A stretch of 64,000 nucleotides of DNA from the NCBI GenBank assembly GCA_016776505.1, contig JADHTG010000002.1, positions 13,852 through 77,851 on the forward strand, in the 5' to 3' direction. The translations under genes were made by a program, and so were the position numbers. Of the stretch, positions 50,441-60,461 are shown in pieces (the stretch's first letter is position 1; each line of letters begins with the position of its first letter). This DNA is from Bacteroidota bacterium (GTDB lineage Bacteria > Bacteroidota > Bacteroidia > CAILMK01 > JAAYUY01). Below the pieces are notes generated by a model. It had not been told where the DNA came from. It saw only the letters and a program-made list of their open reading frames with translations, and searched no databases.

Positions 50441-51742
50441 ATGGCACGAACAAAGCATGAGAATCCTCATGTGAACCTGAATTTAAATGTACGTGGACTT
50501 AAAACTTCAGCCACTTTAGAAATAAATGAAAGAAGTCAAAAATTAATTCAAGAAGGGAAGGAAGTATTTAAATTTGGTTTGGGACAATCACCCTTTCCTG
50601 TTCCTGATCAGCTGGTTCAATCTCTTCAGGAAAATGCCCACCAAAAGGATTATCTTCCGGTAAAAGGTTTAGAATTATTGCGTGAAGCAGTTGCAGATTT
50701 TAATTATCGAACTCAAAAAATTCATACTTCAGCTGATGACGTGATGATAGGCCCGGGTTCAAAAGAACTCATTTTTATACTGCAATTGGTATATTATGGT
50801 GATCTGTTAATTCCTCTTCCCAGTTGGGTTTCTTATGCTCCACAAGCAAAAATAATTGGCAGAAATGTCACCTGGGTACCTACAAGAGAAGATAATTTCT
50901 GGCGTATAAGTCCGGAAGAATTAGAAGCCATATGCATTGAAGATCCGGACCGTCCACGCATCCTGATTTTGAATTACCCCTCAAATCCAACTGGTTACAC
51001 TTATCCGATTGAACGATTGAAACTCCTGGCCCAGGTGGCACGTAAATACCATGTCATCCTGATTTCAGATGAAATATATGGTATGATTCACCACCATGGA
51101 CAGCATGTAAGTATCGCACGTTACTATCCTGAAGGTACAATCATCAGCAGCGGATTAAGCAAATGGTGTGGTGCCGGTGGCTGGCGTTTAGGAACCTTTT
51201 CTTTTCCACCAAATTTAACCTGGTTGCTCAAATCCATGTGTGTTGTGGCCAGCGAAACTTATACATCCACTTCTGCACCTATACAATATGCAGCAGTCAC
51301 AGCATTTAATGGAAGCCCTGAAATTGACAGCTATCTTACCCATAGCAGGTCGGTTTTGAAGTCACTGGGAAAATACCTGACACATGAAATGAACAGGCTG
51401 AACATTCATCTGCCTGCACCGCATGGCGGATTTTATATTTTTCCAAATTTTGAAGCTTACCGTGAAAAATTAATGGCAAAAGGAATTGCCAGCTCAGCTG
51501 ATTTGTGCAATACACTTCTTGAGAACACAGGAGTTGCCATGTTGCCTGGATCTGATTTTGGAATTAATAGTGAGAAACTTGTATCAAGACTGGCATATGT
51601 TGACTTTGATGGGCGAAAAGCACTTATACAGGCAGGCCTTCATCCTATTGAGAATTCTTTTCAGGAAGTTTTTATTAAGGAGCATTGCCCCAAAATTGTT
51701 CAAGGCATGGAGCGAATTGGAAATTGGCTGAAAGCTTTATAG
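50441..51742 (+). CDS. PLP-dependent aminotransferase, class I/II
   Basis: 433 aa; NPTGYTY, SDEIYG and SGLSKWCGAGGWRLG (PLP-lysine) motifs. Lies 18 nt downstream of the KamA-like gene. Confidence 0.8.
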   Translation: MARTKHENPHVNLNLNVRGLKTSATLEINERSQKLIQEGKEVFKFGLGQSPFPVPDQLVQSLQENAHQKDYLPVKGLELLREAVADFNYRTQKIHTSADDVMIGPGSKELIFILQLVYYGDLLIPLPSWVSYAPQAKIIGRNVTWVPTREDNFWRISPEELEAICIEDPDRPRILILNYPSNPTGYTYPIERLKLLAQVARKYHVILISDEIYGMIHHHGQHVSIARYYPEGTIISSGLSKWCGAGGWRLGTFSFPPNLTWLLKSMCVVASETYTSTSAPIQYAAVTAFNGSPEIDSYLTHSRSVLKSLGKYLTHEMNRLNIHLPAPHGGFYIFPNFEAYREKLMAKGIASSADLCNTLLENTGVAMLPGSDFGINSEKLVSRLAYVDFDGRKALIQAGLHPIENSFQEVFIKEHCPKIVQGMERIGNWLKAL

Positions 51743-52510
51743 ATTAAATTGATCCCTGTCATCGAGAAAAGGTAAATTCCTGCGCAAATCCAGCATGTGT
51801 TCCCGGTTTAAAGTGACCAATAACACTTCTTCTTTCCCTTCTGAAGAACATAGCAATTCCCCATTCGGATTTACAGCCAAACTCATCCCGTTGTGGTTTT
51901 TCCCACTGGCGTCTTCACCTACCCGATTGACAGCCAGTACATATGATTGATTTTCAATGGCACGAGCTATTAATAATGGAGTCCAATGCTTGATGCGAAT
52001 TTCCGGCCAGTTAGCTATCAAAAGAAAACAATCATAGTCTTCAGAATTCCTGTTCCAGGCCGGAAATCTCAGGTCATAACATATTTGAGGGCAGAATTTC
52101 CATCCCTTGTAATCAACAAGCAGCTTTTTTGAACCTGCAGTATAATGATTATGTTCTCCAGCCATGCTAAACAAATGTCTTTTATCGTAAATTTCAAATG
52201 ATTTGTCAGGTCTCATCCAAAAAAGCCTGTTGTAATAATGATTCTTTTCTTCAATAATCAGACTTCCCACCACTACTGCCTGGGTTTTAGCAGCCTGATT
52301 TTTCAACCAGTTAACAGATGGTCCGTCCATAGGTTCAGCAAGCTTTTCAGGATTCATGCTAAAAGCGGTGGTGAACATTTCAGGGAGTACGATCAAGTCG
52401 GCATCTCCGGGAACTTCAGTGCCGAGTATCTGCTCAAACTTTTGAATATTGGATTCCTTGTCTTCCCATGCCAGATCGACTTGCAGCAGTGCTATTTTTA
52501 TATTTTGCAT
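51737..52510 (-). CDS. carbon-nitrogen hydrolase (omega-amidase / Nit2-YafV-like)
   Basis: 257 aa; E-K-C triad context (LIVLPEM...CYDLRFP). Confidence 0.8.
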   Translation of the reverse strand: MQNIKIALLQVDLAWEDKESNIQKFEQILGTEVPGDADLIVLPEMFTTAFSMNPEKLAEPMDGPSVNWLKNQAAKTQAVVVGSLIIEEKNHYYNRLFWMRPDKSFEIYDKRHLFSMAGEHNHYTAGSKKLLVDYKGWKFCPQICYDLRFPAWNRNSEDYDCFLLIANWPEIRIKHWTPLLIARAIENQSYVLAVNRVGEDASGKNHNGMSLAVNPNGELLCSSEGKEEVLLVTLNREHMLDLRRNLPFLDDRDQFNL

Positions 52511-53655
52511 AAAATTTCAGTCGCTTTCTTAATCGTATCCGATGATTTTGCAAAACAAAACCTCAGCACTTTATGATCAATTTTGTCATGGTAAAATACG
52601 GATATGGGAACTGAAGCTACTTTATGTTCCCTGGTAATTGTTTTTGCAAATTCAACGTCATCTGCTTTTGCAATACCCTTATAACTCAAACACTGGAAAT
52701 AAGTTCCGTGACATGGAATGATTTCAAACCTTGAGTCAGTAAGCCCTTTAACAAAAAGGTCTCGTTTCTTCTGGTAAAAATCATTTAGTTTCAGGTAATG
52801 ATCCTCATTCGACATATAATCAGCATAGGCATATTGAATAGGAGTAATTGCAGCAAACATTAAGAACTGAAAAACCTTTTTAAATTCCTTCATCAGGTTT
52901 TCATGTGCCAGTACATAACCCATTTTCCAACCTGTTGTATGATATGTTTTTCCAAAAGAAGAAATCACAAAACTTTTATCGAGCAGGCTGGGATATTTGC
53001 TAATGCTCTGATGCGCAATGCCATCAAAAATAATATGCTCGTACACTTCATCACTTAAAATAATGATATCCCTGTTGGCTACAATTTTTTCCAGTTCCTT
53101 CATATCCTGATCAGTCAAAACACTGCCTGTAGGATTGTGCGGCGAATTCAGGATGATCATTTTTGTTTTGAATGATATCAAACGTTTCACTTCATCCCAA
53201 TTAATTTTGTAATCCGGTGCATTCAGTGTGACATACTTAGGAACACCTCCGCTTAATAATACAGAGGGTACGTAAGAATCGTAGGAAGGCTCAAATATAA
53301 TGACCTCATCATGTTCTTTCACAATAGCTGTAATGGCAGTATAAATGGCCTGAGTGGCTCCTGCAGTAATGATCACTTCCTTATCAGGATGATAATTGGC
53401 ACCATACAAGCGTTCCACTTTCTCTGATATTCGTTCTTTCAGGCGAATGTATCCGGGCATGGGTGCATATTGATTGTAGCCCTCTTTCATGTACTTGTTA
53501 ACCAGTGCAATTAATTCTTTTGAACAATTGAAATCTGGAAAACCCTGGGATAAATTAATGGCATTTTCCTCGTTCGCTAATCTTGACATGGTTGCAAAAA
53601 TGCTCTCTGAGATACCATGCAGTTTACTAGATAAATTTCCTTGTAATTTGACCAT
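52498..53655 (-). CDS. PLP aminotransferase class I (YbdL / glutamine transaminase K-like methionine aminotransferase)
   Basis: 385 aa; NSPHNPTG, SDEVY and SSFGKTYHTTGWKMGY motifs; overlaps the downstream omega-amidase gene by 13 nt (the known transaminase plus omega-amidase pairing). Confidence 0.8.
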   Translation of the reverse strand: MVKLQGNLSSKLHGISESIFATMSRLANEENAINLSQGFPDFNCSKELIALVNKYMKEGYNQYAPMPGYIRLKERISEKVERLYGANYHPDKEVIITAGATQAIYTAITAIVKEHDEVIIFEPSYDSYVPSVLLSGGVPKYVTLNAPDYKINWDEVKRLISFKTKMIILNSPHNPTGSVLTDQDMKELEKIVANRDIIILSDEVYEHIIFDGIAHQSISKYPSLLDKSFVISSFGKTYHTTGWKMGYVLAHENLMKEFKKVFQFLMFAAITPIQYAYADYMSNEDHYLKLNDFYQKKRDLFVKGLTDSRFEIIPCHGTYFQCLSYKGIAKADDVEFAKTITREHKVASVPISVFYHDKIDHKVLRFCFAKSSDTIKKATEILCKI

Positions 53656-53794
53656 AAATTTTTTTGAGTAGTTCTTTCTTTTATTATTTCTACCGTTAAA
53701 GGTCTAAGAATTATTTGCTCAAAAATAATAAAAGCCTAAAATCTCCGGCCAAATCTTTCGGATTAATTACAAAATAATTTCTTTGTTATAATGC

Positions 53795-53839
53795 AAATCT
53801 TTTCCAATAAAAACAAAAACAGCTATTCAGGTGGATTCA
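53795..53839 (-). terminator. rho-independent terminator downstream of htpG (minus strand)
   Basis: AACAGCTATT-(12 nt loop)-AATAGCTGTT followed on the minus strand by TTTTGTTTTTATT. Confidence 0.6.
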
Positions 53840-53873
53840 AATAGCTGTTGGTAATGGATATAGGGATATTTAA

Positions 53874-55754
53874 TTAAATAAATTTCAACGAACGATCAAT
53901 AAAATCATTCAATTCCTTTCCTTTGAGAATATTTTTGGATAAGCGGGCAAGGTCGATTAAGTGACCTGCGATTTTCTTTTGCTCTGCTTTTTTCGAATCA
54001 ATGATCTTTTTTGCCAGGCTGTGGTTTGTATTGACAATGAGGTTATACATACTGGGCATAGAACCCATACCAGGCATTCCTCCACCTATTTTCGACATAT
54101 CACTCATCCTTCTCATGAACTCGTCCTCTGTAATAACAACCGGGGCATCGTCAGGAGAAAGAGCTTCTGCTTTTACAATAATTTTATCATCCCCGACAAC
54201 GGTTTTAAATAATTCAACTATTGCTTCATTATTTTCTTTGCTTAAAACCGACTCCTTCTTATCCCCTTTTTCAATAAGCTCATCAATAGCGCCCGCATCA
54301 ATGCGCTTGATCCTTGTTTTCTCAAACTTCTGCTCTATTAAATTAAGGAAGTGTGAATCTATCACTTCATTCATATAGAGCACATTGTATCCTCTTTTCT
54401 TGGCAGCTTCCAGATAGGTATACTGTTCTTCTTTATCAGAAGTATATAACCAAACAATATCTTTGTCTTTATTTTCCTGGTTTACCTTTACTAATTTTTT
54501 GTATTCCTCAAAAGTGAAAAATTTGTCGTCTACATCCTGAAGTAAAAAGAAATTTGTAGACTTTTCATAAAATTTATCTTCTGTCAGCATTCCATATTTG
54601 ACAAAAACATCTATATCTTTCCATTTCTCCTCAAATCCTTTCCTGTCTTTCTTAAAAAGATCATGTAATTTATCAGCTACTTTTCTAATGATATAGGAGC
54701 TTATTTTTTTCACATTTCCATCAGCCTGTAAAGCACTTCTTGATACATTCAGAGGGATATCAGGAGAATCAATAGCACCATGAAGGAGGGTTAAGAATTC
54801 CGGAACAATTTCTTCCACTGAATCAGTTACATACACCTGGTTGGAAAATAGCTTAATTTTATTTTTCTGCAATTCCATGTGTGTGGCCACTTTGGGAAAA
54901 TACAGTATACCAGTCAGATTAAAAGGATAATCGACATTGAGGTGAATCCAAAATAAAGGAGCCTGGGAGTATGGATAAAGTTCTTCATAATGTGACAAAT
55001 AATCCTCATCCTTTAAATCCTGGGGTTGCCTGGTCCAAATAGGATCTGTATTATTAATAACTCTTGCTTTTTCGACTTCTTTTTCAATTTCTTTTCCCTC
55101 TTTATCTTTCACTCCCGTTTTCTGAGAAATCTTTTCCTTGCCAAAAATGATCTTATACGGCATAAACTGGCAGTATTTTTTTAATAAGTCTAAGATCCTG
55201 TTCTCTTCCAAAAACTCTTCTGAATCTTCTGCAATATGCAATGTAATGGTAGTTCCCCTTCCTTTCTTTTTCGAAACTGTTGTGCTATAATCGACACTGC
55301 CCTCACATTCCCATTTAACAGCAGGGGCATTCTTATCATAAGATTTTGTTTGAAATTCTACTTTGTCAGCCACCATAAAAGAGGAGTAAAATCCAAGACC
55401 AAAATGCCCAATGATCAAATTTTTATCATCTGAACTTTCATACTTTTTAATAAACTCTTCAGCACTCGAAAAAGCAATTTGATTAATATACTGTTCCACT
55501 TCATTTTCGGTCATGCCAATTCCGTTATCTGAAACTGTCAGTGTTTTCTTTTTCTTATCTACTTTCACATCTATCTGAAGCTTGCCCAATTCGCCATCAT
55601 AATCACCTTTTGAAGCAATTACTTCCAATTTTTTAATAGCATCCGTGGCGTTTGAAATAAGTTCTCTTAGAAAAATTTCATGATCGGTATACAAGAATTT
55701 CTTGATGATTGGAAAAATATCCTTTGTGTCAACATTAAGATGCCCTTTCTTCAT
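53874..55754 (-). CDS. htpG: molecular chaperone HtpG (Hsp90)
   Basis: 626 aa; the N-terminal FLRELISNATDA ATPase signature of HtpG. Confidence 0.95.
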   Translation of the reverse strand: MKKGHLNVDTKDIFPIIKKFLYTDHEIFLRELISNATDAIKKLEVIASKGDYDGELGKLQIDVKVDKKKKTLTVSDNGIGMTENEVEQYINQIAFSSAEEFIKKYESSDDKNLIIGHFGLGFYSSFMVADKVEFQTKSYDKNAPAVKWECEGSVDYSTTVSKKKGRGTTITLHIAEDSEEFLEENRILDLLKKYCQFMPYKIIFGKEKISQKTGVKDKEGKEIEKEVEKARVINNTDPIWTRQPQDLKDEDYLSHYEELYPYSQAPLFWIHLNVDYPFNLTGILYFPKVATHMELQKNKIKLFSNQVYVTDSVEEIVPEFLTLLHGAIDSPDIPLNVSRSALQADGNVKKISSYIIRKVADKLHDLFKKDRKGFEEKWKDIDVFVKYGMLTEDKFYEKSTNFFLLQDVDDKFFTFEEYKKLVKVNQENKDKDIVWLYTSDKEEQYTYLEAAKKRGYNVLYMNEVIDSHFLNLIEQKFEKTRIKRIDAGAIDELIEKGDKKESVLSKENNEAIVELFKTVVGDDKIIVKAEALSPDDAPVVITEDEFMRRMSDMSKIGGGMPGMGSMPSMYNLIVNTNHSLAKKIIDSKKAEQKKIAGHLIDLARLSKNILKGKELNDFIDRSLKFI

Positions 55755-55935
55755 TACAATTATTTTTTAATATTTTACGAAAGCAGGAATTTTACCTGCC
55801 TGAACGCTTTGATTTCCATGCTGCAGCAAAGCTTCAGCCTCAGCGCCTGAAGCTTAGCGAACGCAAACAGTTTGGCAAATACCCTGCCGCCTGTCAAGCG
55901 TGCAATTTTGACAGTTCAATGATTTTTTCAGAATA

Positions 55936-56613
55936 TTAATAATTTCTTTGGCCGAATATGGAGGTTCCTATACGTACCATCGTACTCCCTTCTTCCACGG
56001 CAATTTTATAATCATCCGACATGCCCATGGACAGCTCTTTGAATTCCGGATTTAATTTAAAATGTGAACTCTTCAATTCATCGAAAACAGACTTTAAATA
56101 TTTGAATTCTCCCCTGACTTGTTCGGGATCATTTGTAAAAGTAGCCATGCCCATCAGTCCGCATATGCGAATATTTTTTAAACCGGACAAGTCAGGCATG
56201 CTTAGTAATTCATTAAGTCCCTGCTGATCCAGTCCGTATTTTGTACCTTCCTTCGCAATATGAAGCTGTAACAGGCAAGCAATAATTCTGTTATTCTTTG
56301 CAGCCTCTTTATCAATCGTTTTCAGTAATTTAAAACTATCAACCCCGTGAATCAGATGAATAAAAGGGGCAATATATTTTACTTTATTGGTTTGCAAGTG
56401 TCCGATCATGTGCCATTCAACTTGTTGATTTTTAAACTTTTCATGTCGATCAACAAGCGCTTGCACATAATTCTCTCCCAAAACATGATGACCCAAGCTG
56501 AGAATACTTGACACTTTTTCATCAGGCTGCTTTTTTGAAACAGCAATTAATTTAACTGAATCTCCTAATTCCTGTTTAATATTAAATAAATTTTCCTGAT
56601 TAATCATTATCAA
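55936..56613 (-). CDS. yggS: YggS-family PLP homeostasis protein
   Basis: 225 aa; KLIAVSKKQP and the IGHLQTNK PLP-lysine motif. Confidence 0.88.
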   Translation of the reverse strand: MIMINQENLFNIKQELGDSVKLIAVSKKQPDEKVSSILSLGHHVLGENYVQALVDRHEKFKNQQVEWHMIGHLQTNKVKYIAPFIHLIHGVDSFKLLKTIDKEAAKNNRIIACLLQLHIAKEGTKYGLDQQGLNELLSMPDLSGLKNIRICGLMGMATFTNDPEQVRGEFKYLKSVFDELKSSHFKLNPEFKELSMGMSDDYKIAVEEGSTMVRIGTSIFGQRNY

Positions 56614-56700
56614 GAATTAAGTTTGCATAAAATATAATGATACAAAGTTCTCTTTTATTTTGAATATTAAAAAATGGGGATCCTCTAACTATTCAATTTT

Positions 56701-57051
56701 ATGCGCAATTTAAACTCTATTTTTTTATTTTTTTTCATAATGATTGTCATGTCTTGTGGAAATAACAAAAAAATCCGGGTGCCTGCCGATGTGATTCCCC
56801 AGGATGAATTGGTCCATATGCTGATTGACATTCATCTCTCTGAAGCCAGTGTATCACTGGCCCGGTTAAAAAAAGATTCTTTCAATTTTTATCTAGGCAA
56901 TTATTATTATGCTATTTTCACGAAATATCATGTTAGCAAAGAGGATTTTGAAAAAAGCATGGAGTTTTATCTTGAAAATCCGGTAATACTCCAGGGTATT
57001 TATGAGAATGTGATCGATAGTCTGAATAATTTGCAGTTAGTCCCCAAATAA
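56701..57051 (+). CDS. DUF4296 lipoprotein
   Basis: Lipobox IVMSCGNN; LVHMLIDIHLSEA motif typical of DUF4296. Confidence 0.65.
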   Translation: MRNLNSIFLFFFIMIVMSCGNNKKIRVPADVIPQDELVHMLIDIHLSEASVSLARLKKDSFNFYLGNYYYAIFTKYHVSKEDFEKSMEFYLENPVILQGIYENVIDSLNNLQLVPK

Positions 57052-57732
57052 TTAACTCCTTCGTCCCAAAAAAATCATAATGTAGTATACTAATGTGGCA
57101 AGAGAACCAATTGCAGCAACCACGTAGGTCATTGCAGCCCATTTCAAGCCATCTTTCACTGCAATTTGTTCATTATCAGCAGTAATATTTGCAGTTTCAA
57201 GCCATTTCACGGCTCTCTTGCTGGCATCGAATTCAACCGGTAAAGTAACAAAACTAAAAAGTGTTGTCAATGCAAATAATACGATCCCTGCTAAAAGCAA
57301 TTGTGGAAAAATGTTAATTAATAAAATTCCTGCCAAAATGACCCATGTAATAATTCTTGAGCTAAAACTGACAACCGGCACAAGAGCAGATCGAAACTTC
57401 AAGAAACTATAGGCTTTTGCGTGCTGTACGGCATGTCCGCATTCATGAGCAGCAATGGCTGCTGAAGCGACACTTCTGCCATTAAATATTTGTTGACTTA
57501 AACCGATCGATTTTGTTTGAGGGTTGTAGTGATCGGACAGTATGCCATTTGCCACTTTTATCCCCACATCATAAATACCATGATCAGAAAGCATTTTTTC
57601 TGCAACTTCTTTACCACTCATTCCCTGCATCAATGGCATATTTGTATATTTCTTGATCTTTGACTTAAATCTGGAACTGACAATCCAACTTGGGATTAAT
57701 ACAATTATCATTAATATAATATAAGAAATCAT
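57052..57732 (-). CDS. zinc metallopeptidase (Zn_peptidase_2 family), membrane-associated
   Basis: 226 aa; HECGHAVQH HExxH motif; TM helices on both sides. Confidence 0.75.
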   Translation of the reverse strand: MISYIILMIIVLIPSWIVSSRFKSKIKKYTNMPLMQGMSGKEVAEKMLSDHGIYDVGIKVANGILSDHYNPQTKSIGLSQQIFNGRSVASAAIAAHECGHAVQHAKAYSFLKFRSALVPVVSFSSRIITWVILAGILLINIFPQLLLAGIVLFALTTLFSFVTLPVEFDASKRAVKWLETANITADNEQIAVKDGLKWAAMTYVVAAIGSLATLVYYIMIFLGRRS

Positions 57733-57953
57733 AACTTATTTTTCCAGTTGATTTTGCAAAGTTCATGCAAATAATGAACTTTATCAAAGATAATACTTAG
57801 AAGGGTTTGCATTGTAATAGTAAATTGTTATATATTTGTTACGAATATTGAATTATTCTATTGCACTGCAATTTCCCATTTTGTCCTAAAAATAAATCAC
57901 AAGTAAAGTTCTTAACTTGTAAAAACAATAATAAATCACCAAATTAGCTATTA

Positions 57954-59453
57954 ATGTATACATTTGAACAGCTTAATTTCCTTAAGAAAGTAGATCTTAA
58001 TGAAATAGCAAAAGAAGTAGGCGTAACCTATTATACTCGCATGAAGAAGGAAGAATTAATTGAGAAAATTCTTCAAAAAAAATCTGGTGCTGAAGGGGAC
58101 CAATCAAAGGAAGTCCCTGATCAAATTACATCCGATAAATCAGCCCAACTGAATGAACCAGCCATTTCGCAAAAGGAAGAACCTTCAAAAGAAGATTTAA
58201 TCAATACATTTATCAAGGAAGAAGCCACTTTAATTGAAAATAAACCCATTGCAAAAGAGGATGTTAAAGCAAAGGAAGAAAAACCAAAAATCATCAAAAA
58301 CAAAGTGAGGCAAAAACAATCACAAAACGGATTTAATCTTGAAGGGGTGATCTACAATGAAGGTGTTCTTGAAATACTGCAGGAAGGGTATGGTTTTCTT
58401 CGTTCACCTGATTTTGACTACATGCCTTCACCAGACGACATCTATGTTTCACCTTCGCAAATAAAACTGTTTAGTTTAAAAACCGGAGACACTATACATG
58501 GCAGTATTAGACCTCCGAAAGAAGGAGAAAAGTACTTTGCATTAATTCGCTTAGAAAGTGTAAATGGTCAGGAACCCCATAAAATACGGGATAGAATTCC
58601 ATTTGAACATTTAACCCCTTTGTTCCCAAATCAAAAATTCAACATCACGGAGAAATCCAATTTATTTACTACCCGAATTATTGATTTATTTAGTCCTATC
58701 GGGAAAGGGCAACGAGGATTGATCGTTTCCCAGCCTAAATCTGGTAAAACGGTATTATTGCAGGAAATCGCCAACGCTATTGCAACCAACCACCCAGAGG
58801 TATATATGATCATATTGCTGGTAGATGAACGCCCTGAAGAAGTGACAGATATGGCCAGGAATGTGAATGCCGAAGTGATCTCTTCCACTTTTGATGAGCC
58901 TGCCGATAAGCATGTGAAAATTGCTAATATCGTTTTGGAGAAAGCCAAACGAATGGTAGAATCAGGACTTGATGTAGTGATTTTACTCGACTCCATTACT
59001 CGCCTTGCACGGGCCTATAATACGGTTTCACCAGCATCAGGGAAAGTATTGACAGGTGGTGTAGATTCCAATGCTTTACATAAACCCAAAAGATTTTTTG
59101 GAGCTGCCCGAAACGTGGAAGGAGGCGGAAGTCTGACCATCCTGGCAACAGCTTTGATAGATACCGGCTCCCGCATGGATGAAGTGATCTTTGAAGAGTT
59201 TAAAGGAACAGGTAATATGGAATTGCAACTCGACAGGCGCCTTGCCAACAAGCGGATTTACCCGGCTATTGATGTACCGGCATCCAGCACCAGAAGAGAG
59301 GAACTGATCATAGATAAAACCATACTGCAAAGAATCTGGATTCTTAGAAAATATTTATCGGACATGAACCCGGAAGAAGCCATGTTATTCCTGCAGGACA
59401 GGTTAAAAGACACCAAATCGAATGAAGAGTTCCTGATTGCAATGAATCGATAA
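57954..59453 (+). CDS. rho: transcription termination factor Rho (with a Bacteroidetes-type N-terminal insertion)
   Basis: 499 aa; RNA-binding OB domain, Walker [12 protein letters not shown]- and R-loops; extra Lys/Glu-rich segment of about 80 aa near the N-terminus. Confidence 0.93.
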   Translation: MYTFEQLNFLKKVDLNEIAKEVGVTYYTRMKKEELIEKILQKKSGAEGDQSKEVPDQITSDKSAQLNEPAISQKEEPSKEDLINTFIKEEATLIENKPIAKEDVKAKEEKPKIIKNKVRQKQSQNGFNLEGVIYNEGVLEILQEGYGFLRSPDFDYMPSPDDIYVSPSQIKLFSLKTGDTIHGSIRPPKEGEKYFALIRLESVNGQEPHKIRDRIPFEHLTPLFPNQKFNITEKSNLFTTRIIDLFSPIGKGQRGLIVSQPKSGKTVLLQEIANAIATNHPEVYMIILLVDERPEEVTDMARNVNAEVISSTFDEPADKHVKIANIVLEKAKRMVESGLDVVILLDSITRLARAYNTVSPASGKVLTGGVDSNALHKPKRFFGAARNVEGGGSLTILATALIDTGSRMDEVIFEEFKGTGNMELQLDRRLANKRIYPAIDVPASSTRREELIIDKTILQRIWILRKYLSDMNPEEAMLFLQDRLKDTKSNEEFLIAMNR

Positions 59454-59486
59454 AATAAGATAGCGGGTATTTTAAATCGTTTTAAT

Positions 59487-60113
59487 GTGAATAAGCAAGC
59501 CAAAAAAATAGTCGTTTTATCCAGTAACCACCGGGTAAAAGATGAAGCTGAAATTATTACTGAATTATTTGAAGAAGGCCTCACCCATTTGCATCTGAGG
59601 AAACATGGGCATCCCAGGCATAAGGTAAAAGATTTATTAAGTAATATTCCTGAAAAATATCATAAACAGATCATTCTTCATTCTCATCTGGAAATGACAA
59701 GAAAATTTGATGTGGGAGGGATTCATATCACCAGGAAAAAAAGAAAAGATTGGATTTTTAAGTATATCACATTAAACAAATACAAAAAGCGTAAAGGATT
59801 CATTTTTTCCACCTCATACCATAGTACCCGTAAAATTGAGAATGCACCCAAATTCTATACCTATTTCTTCCTGAATTCATTATTTGGAAGCATACATGCT
59901 GGTGGGCGACATGCTTATAAAGAACCTGATAAACTGAAAGAATTATTACGCGTAACCAATAGAGATATTGTGGCAATGGGCGGAATTGATATGATAAATA
60001 TTGAATCAGTCAGGGAGATTGGATTCAATTCAGTAGGTCTTCATGGAGCTGTCTGGGGTTTTGATAATCCGGTCGAGAAATTCAAAGACTTGAGAGACGC
60101 TTTTCTCGCTTAG
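59487..60113 (+). CDS. thiamine phosphate synthase-like (TMP-TENI family) protein
   Basis: 208 aa; ThiE-like TIM-barrel motifs (LHLRKH, GGIHITRKK, VAMGGI). Confidence 0.6.
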   Translation: MNKQAKKIVVLSSNHRVKDEAEIITELFEEGLTHLHLRKHGHPRHKVKDLLSNIPEKYHKQIILHSHLEMTRKFDVGGIHITRKKRKDWIFKYITLNKYKKRKGFIFSTSYHSTRKIENAPKFYTYFFLNSLFGSIHAGGRHAYKEPDKLKELLRVTNRDIVAMGGIDMINIESVREIGFNSVGLHGAVWGFDNPVEKFKDLRDAFLA

Positions 60114-60321
60114 TTGAAATAATTTATACAGTTTATTGGTTCCTAATTACATGCAACTTGCTTCCGCCGACTGCCGACTACCAGCTGCCAACTCCCTCCG
60201 CCCCGACTACAAAAGCATCTTCAAAACCGTATTAAATAATCTCTATTTTAATCAAGCCCTGCTAATTTAGTATGAGTTTGAGAACATTCCACATAATTAA
60301 TCCATCATTTACTATATTTGT

Positions 60322-60432
60322 ATAACGTTTTAGGGGTGCTCAAAATAACGAGCTGAGATCACACCCATTGAACCTGAACCAGGTAATGCTGGCGTAGGGA
60401 TAAATGGAAACACCTGTTTTACAGTTCCTTCA
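60322..60432 (+). promoter_or_regulatory. TPP (thiamine pyrophosphate) riboswitch in the leader of the TonB-dependent receptor gene
   Basis: GGGGTGC...GCTGAGA...ACCC...GAACCTGAACCAGGTAATGCTGGCGTAGGGA matches the THI-box consensus (CUGAGA, pyrimidine-sensor helix, GCGUAGGGA). Confidence 0.85.
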
Positions 60433-60461
60433 GCCCCCTTAAGGCTAAATTTAAAAGGCTT

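Noticed and set aside
55755-55935. Palindrome AAGCTTCAG-CCTCAGCGC-CTGAAGCTT between htpG and yggS as a terminator
   Set aside because: There is no flanking T-run on either strand. It may be a regulatory inverted repeat in the htpG promoter, but evidence is insufficient to call a feature.
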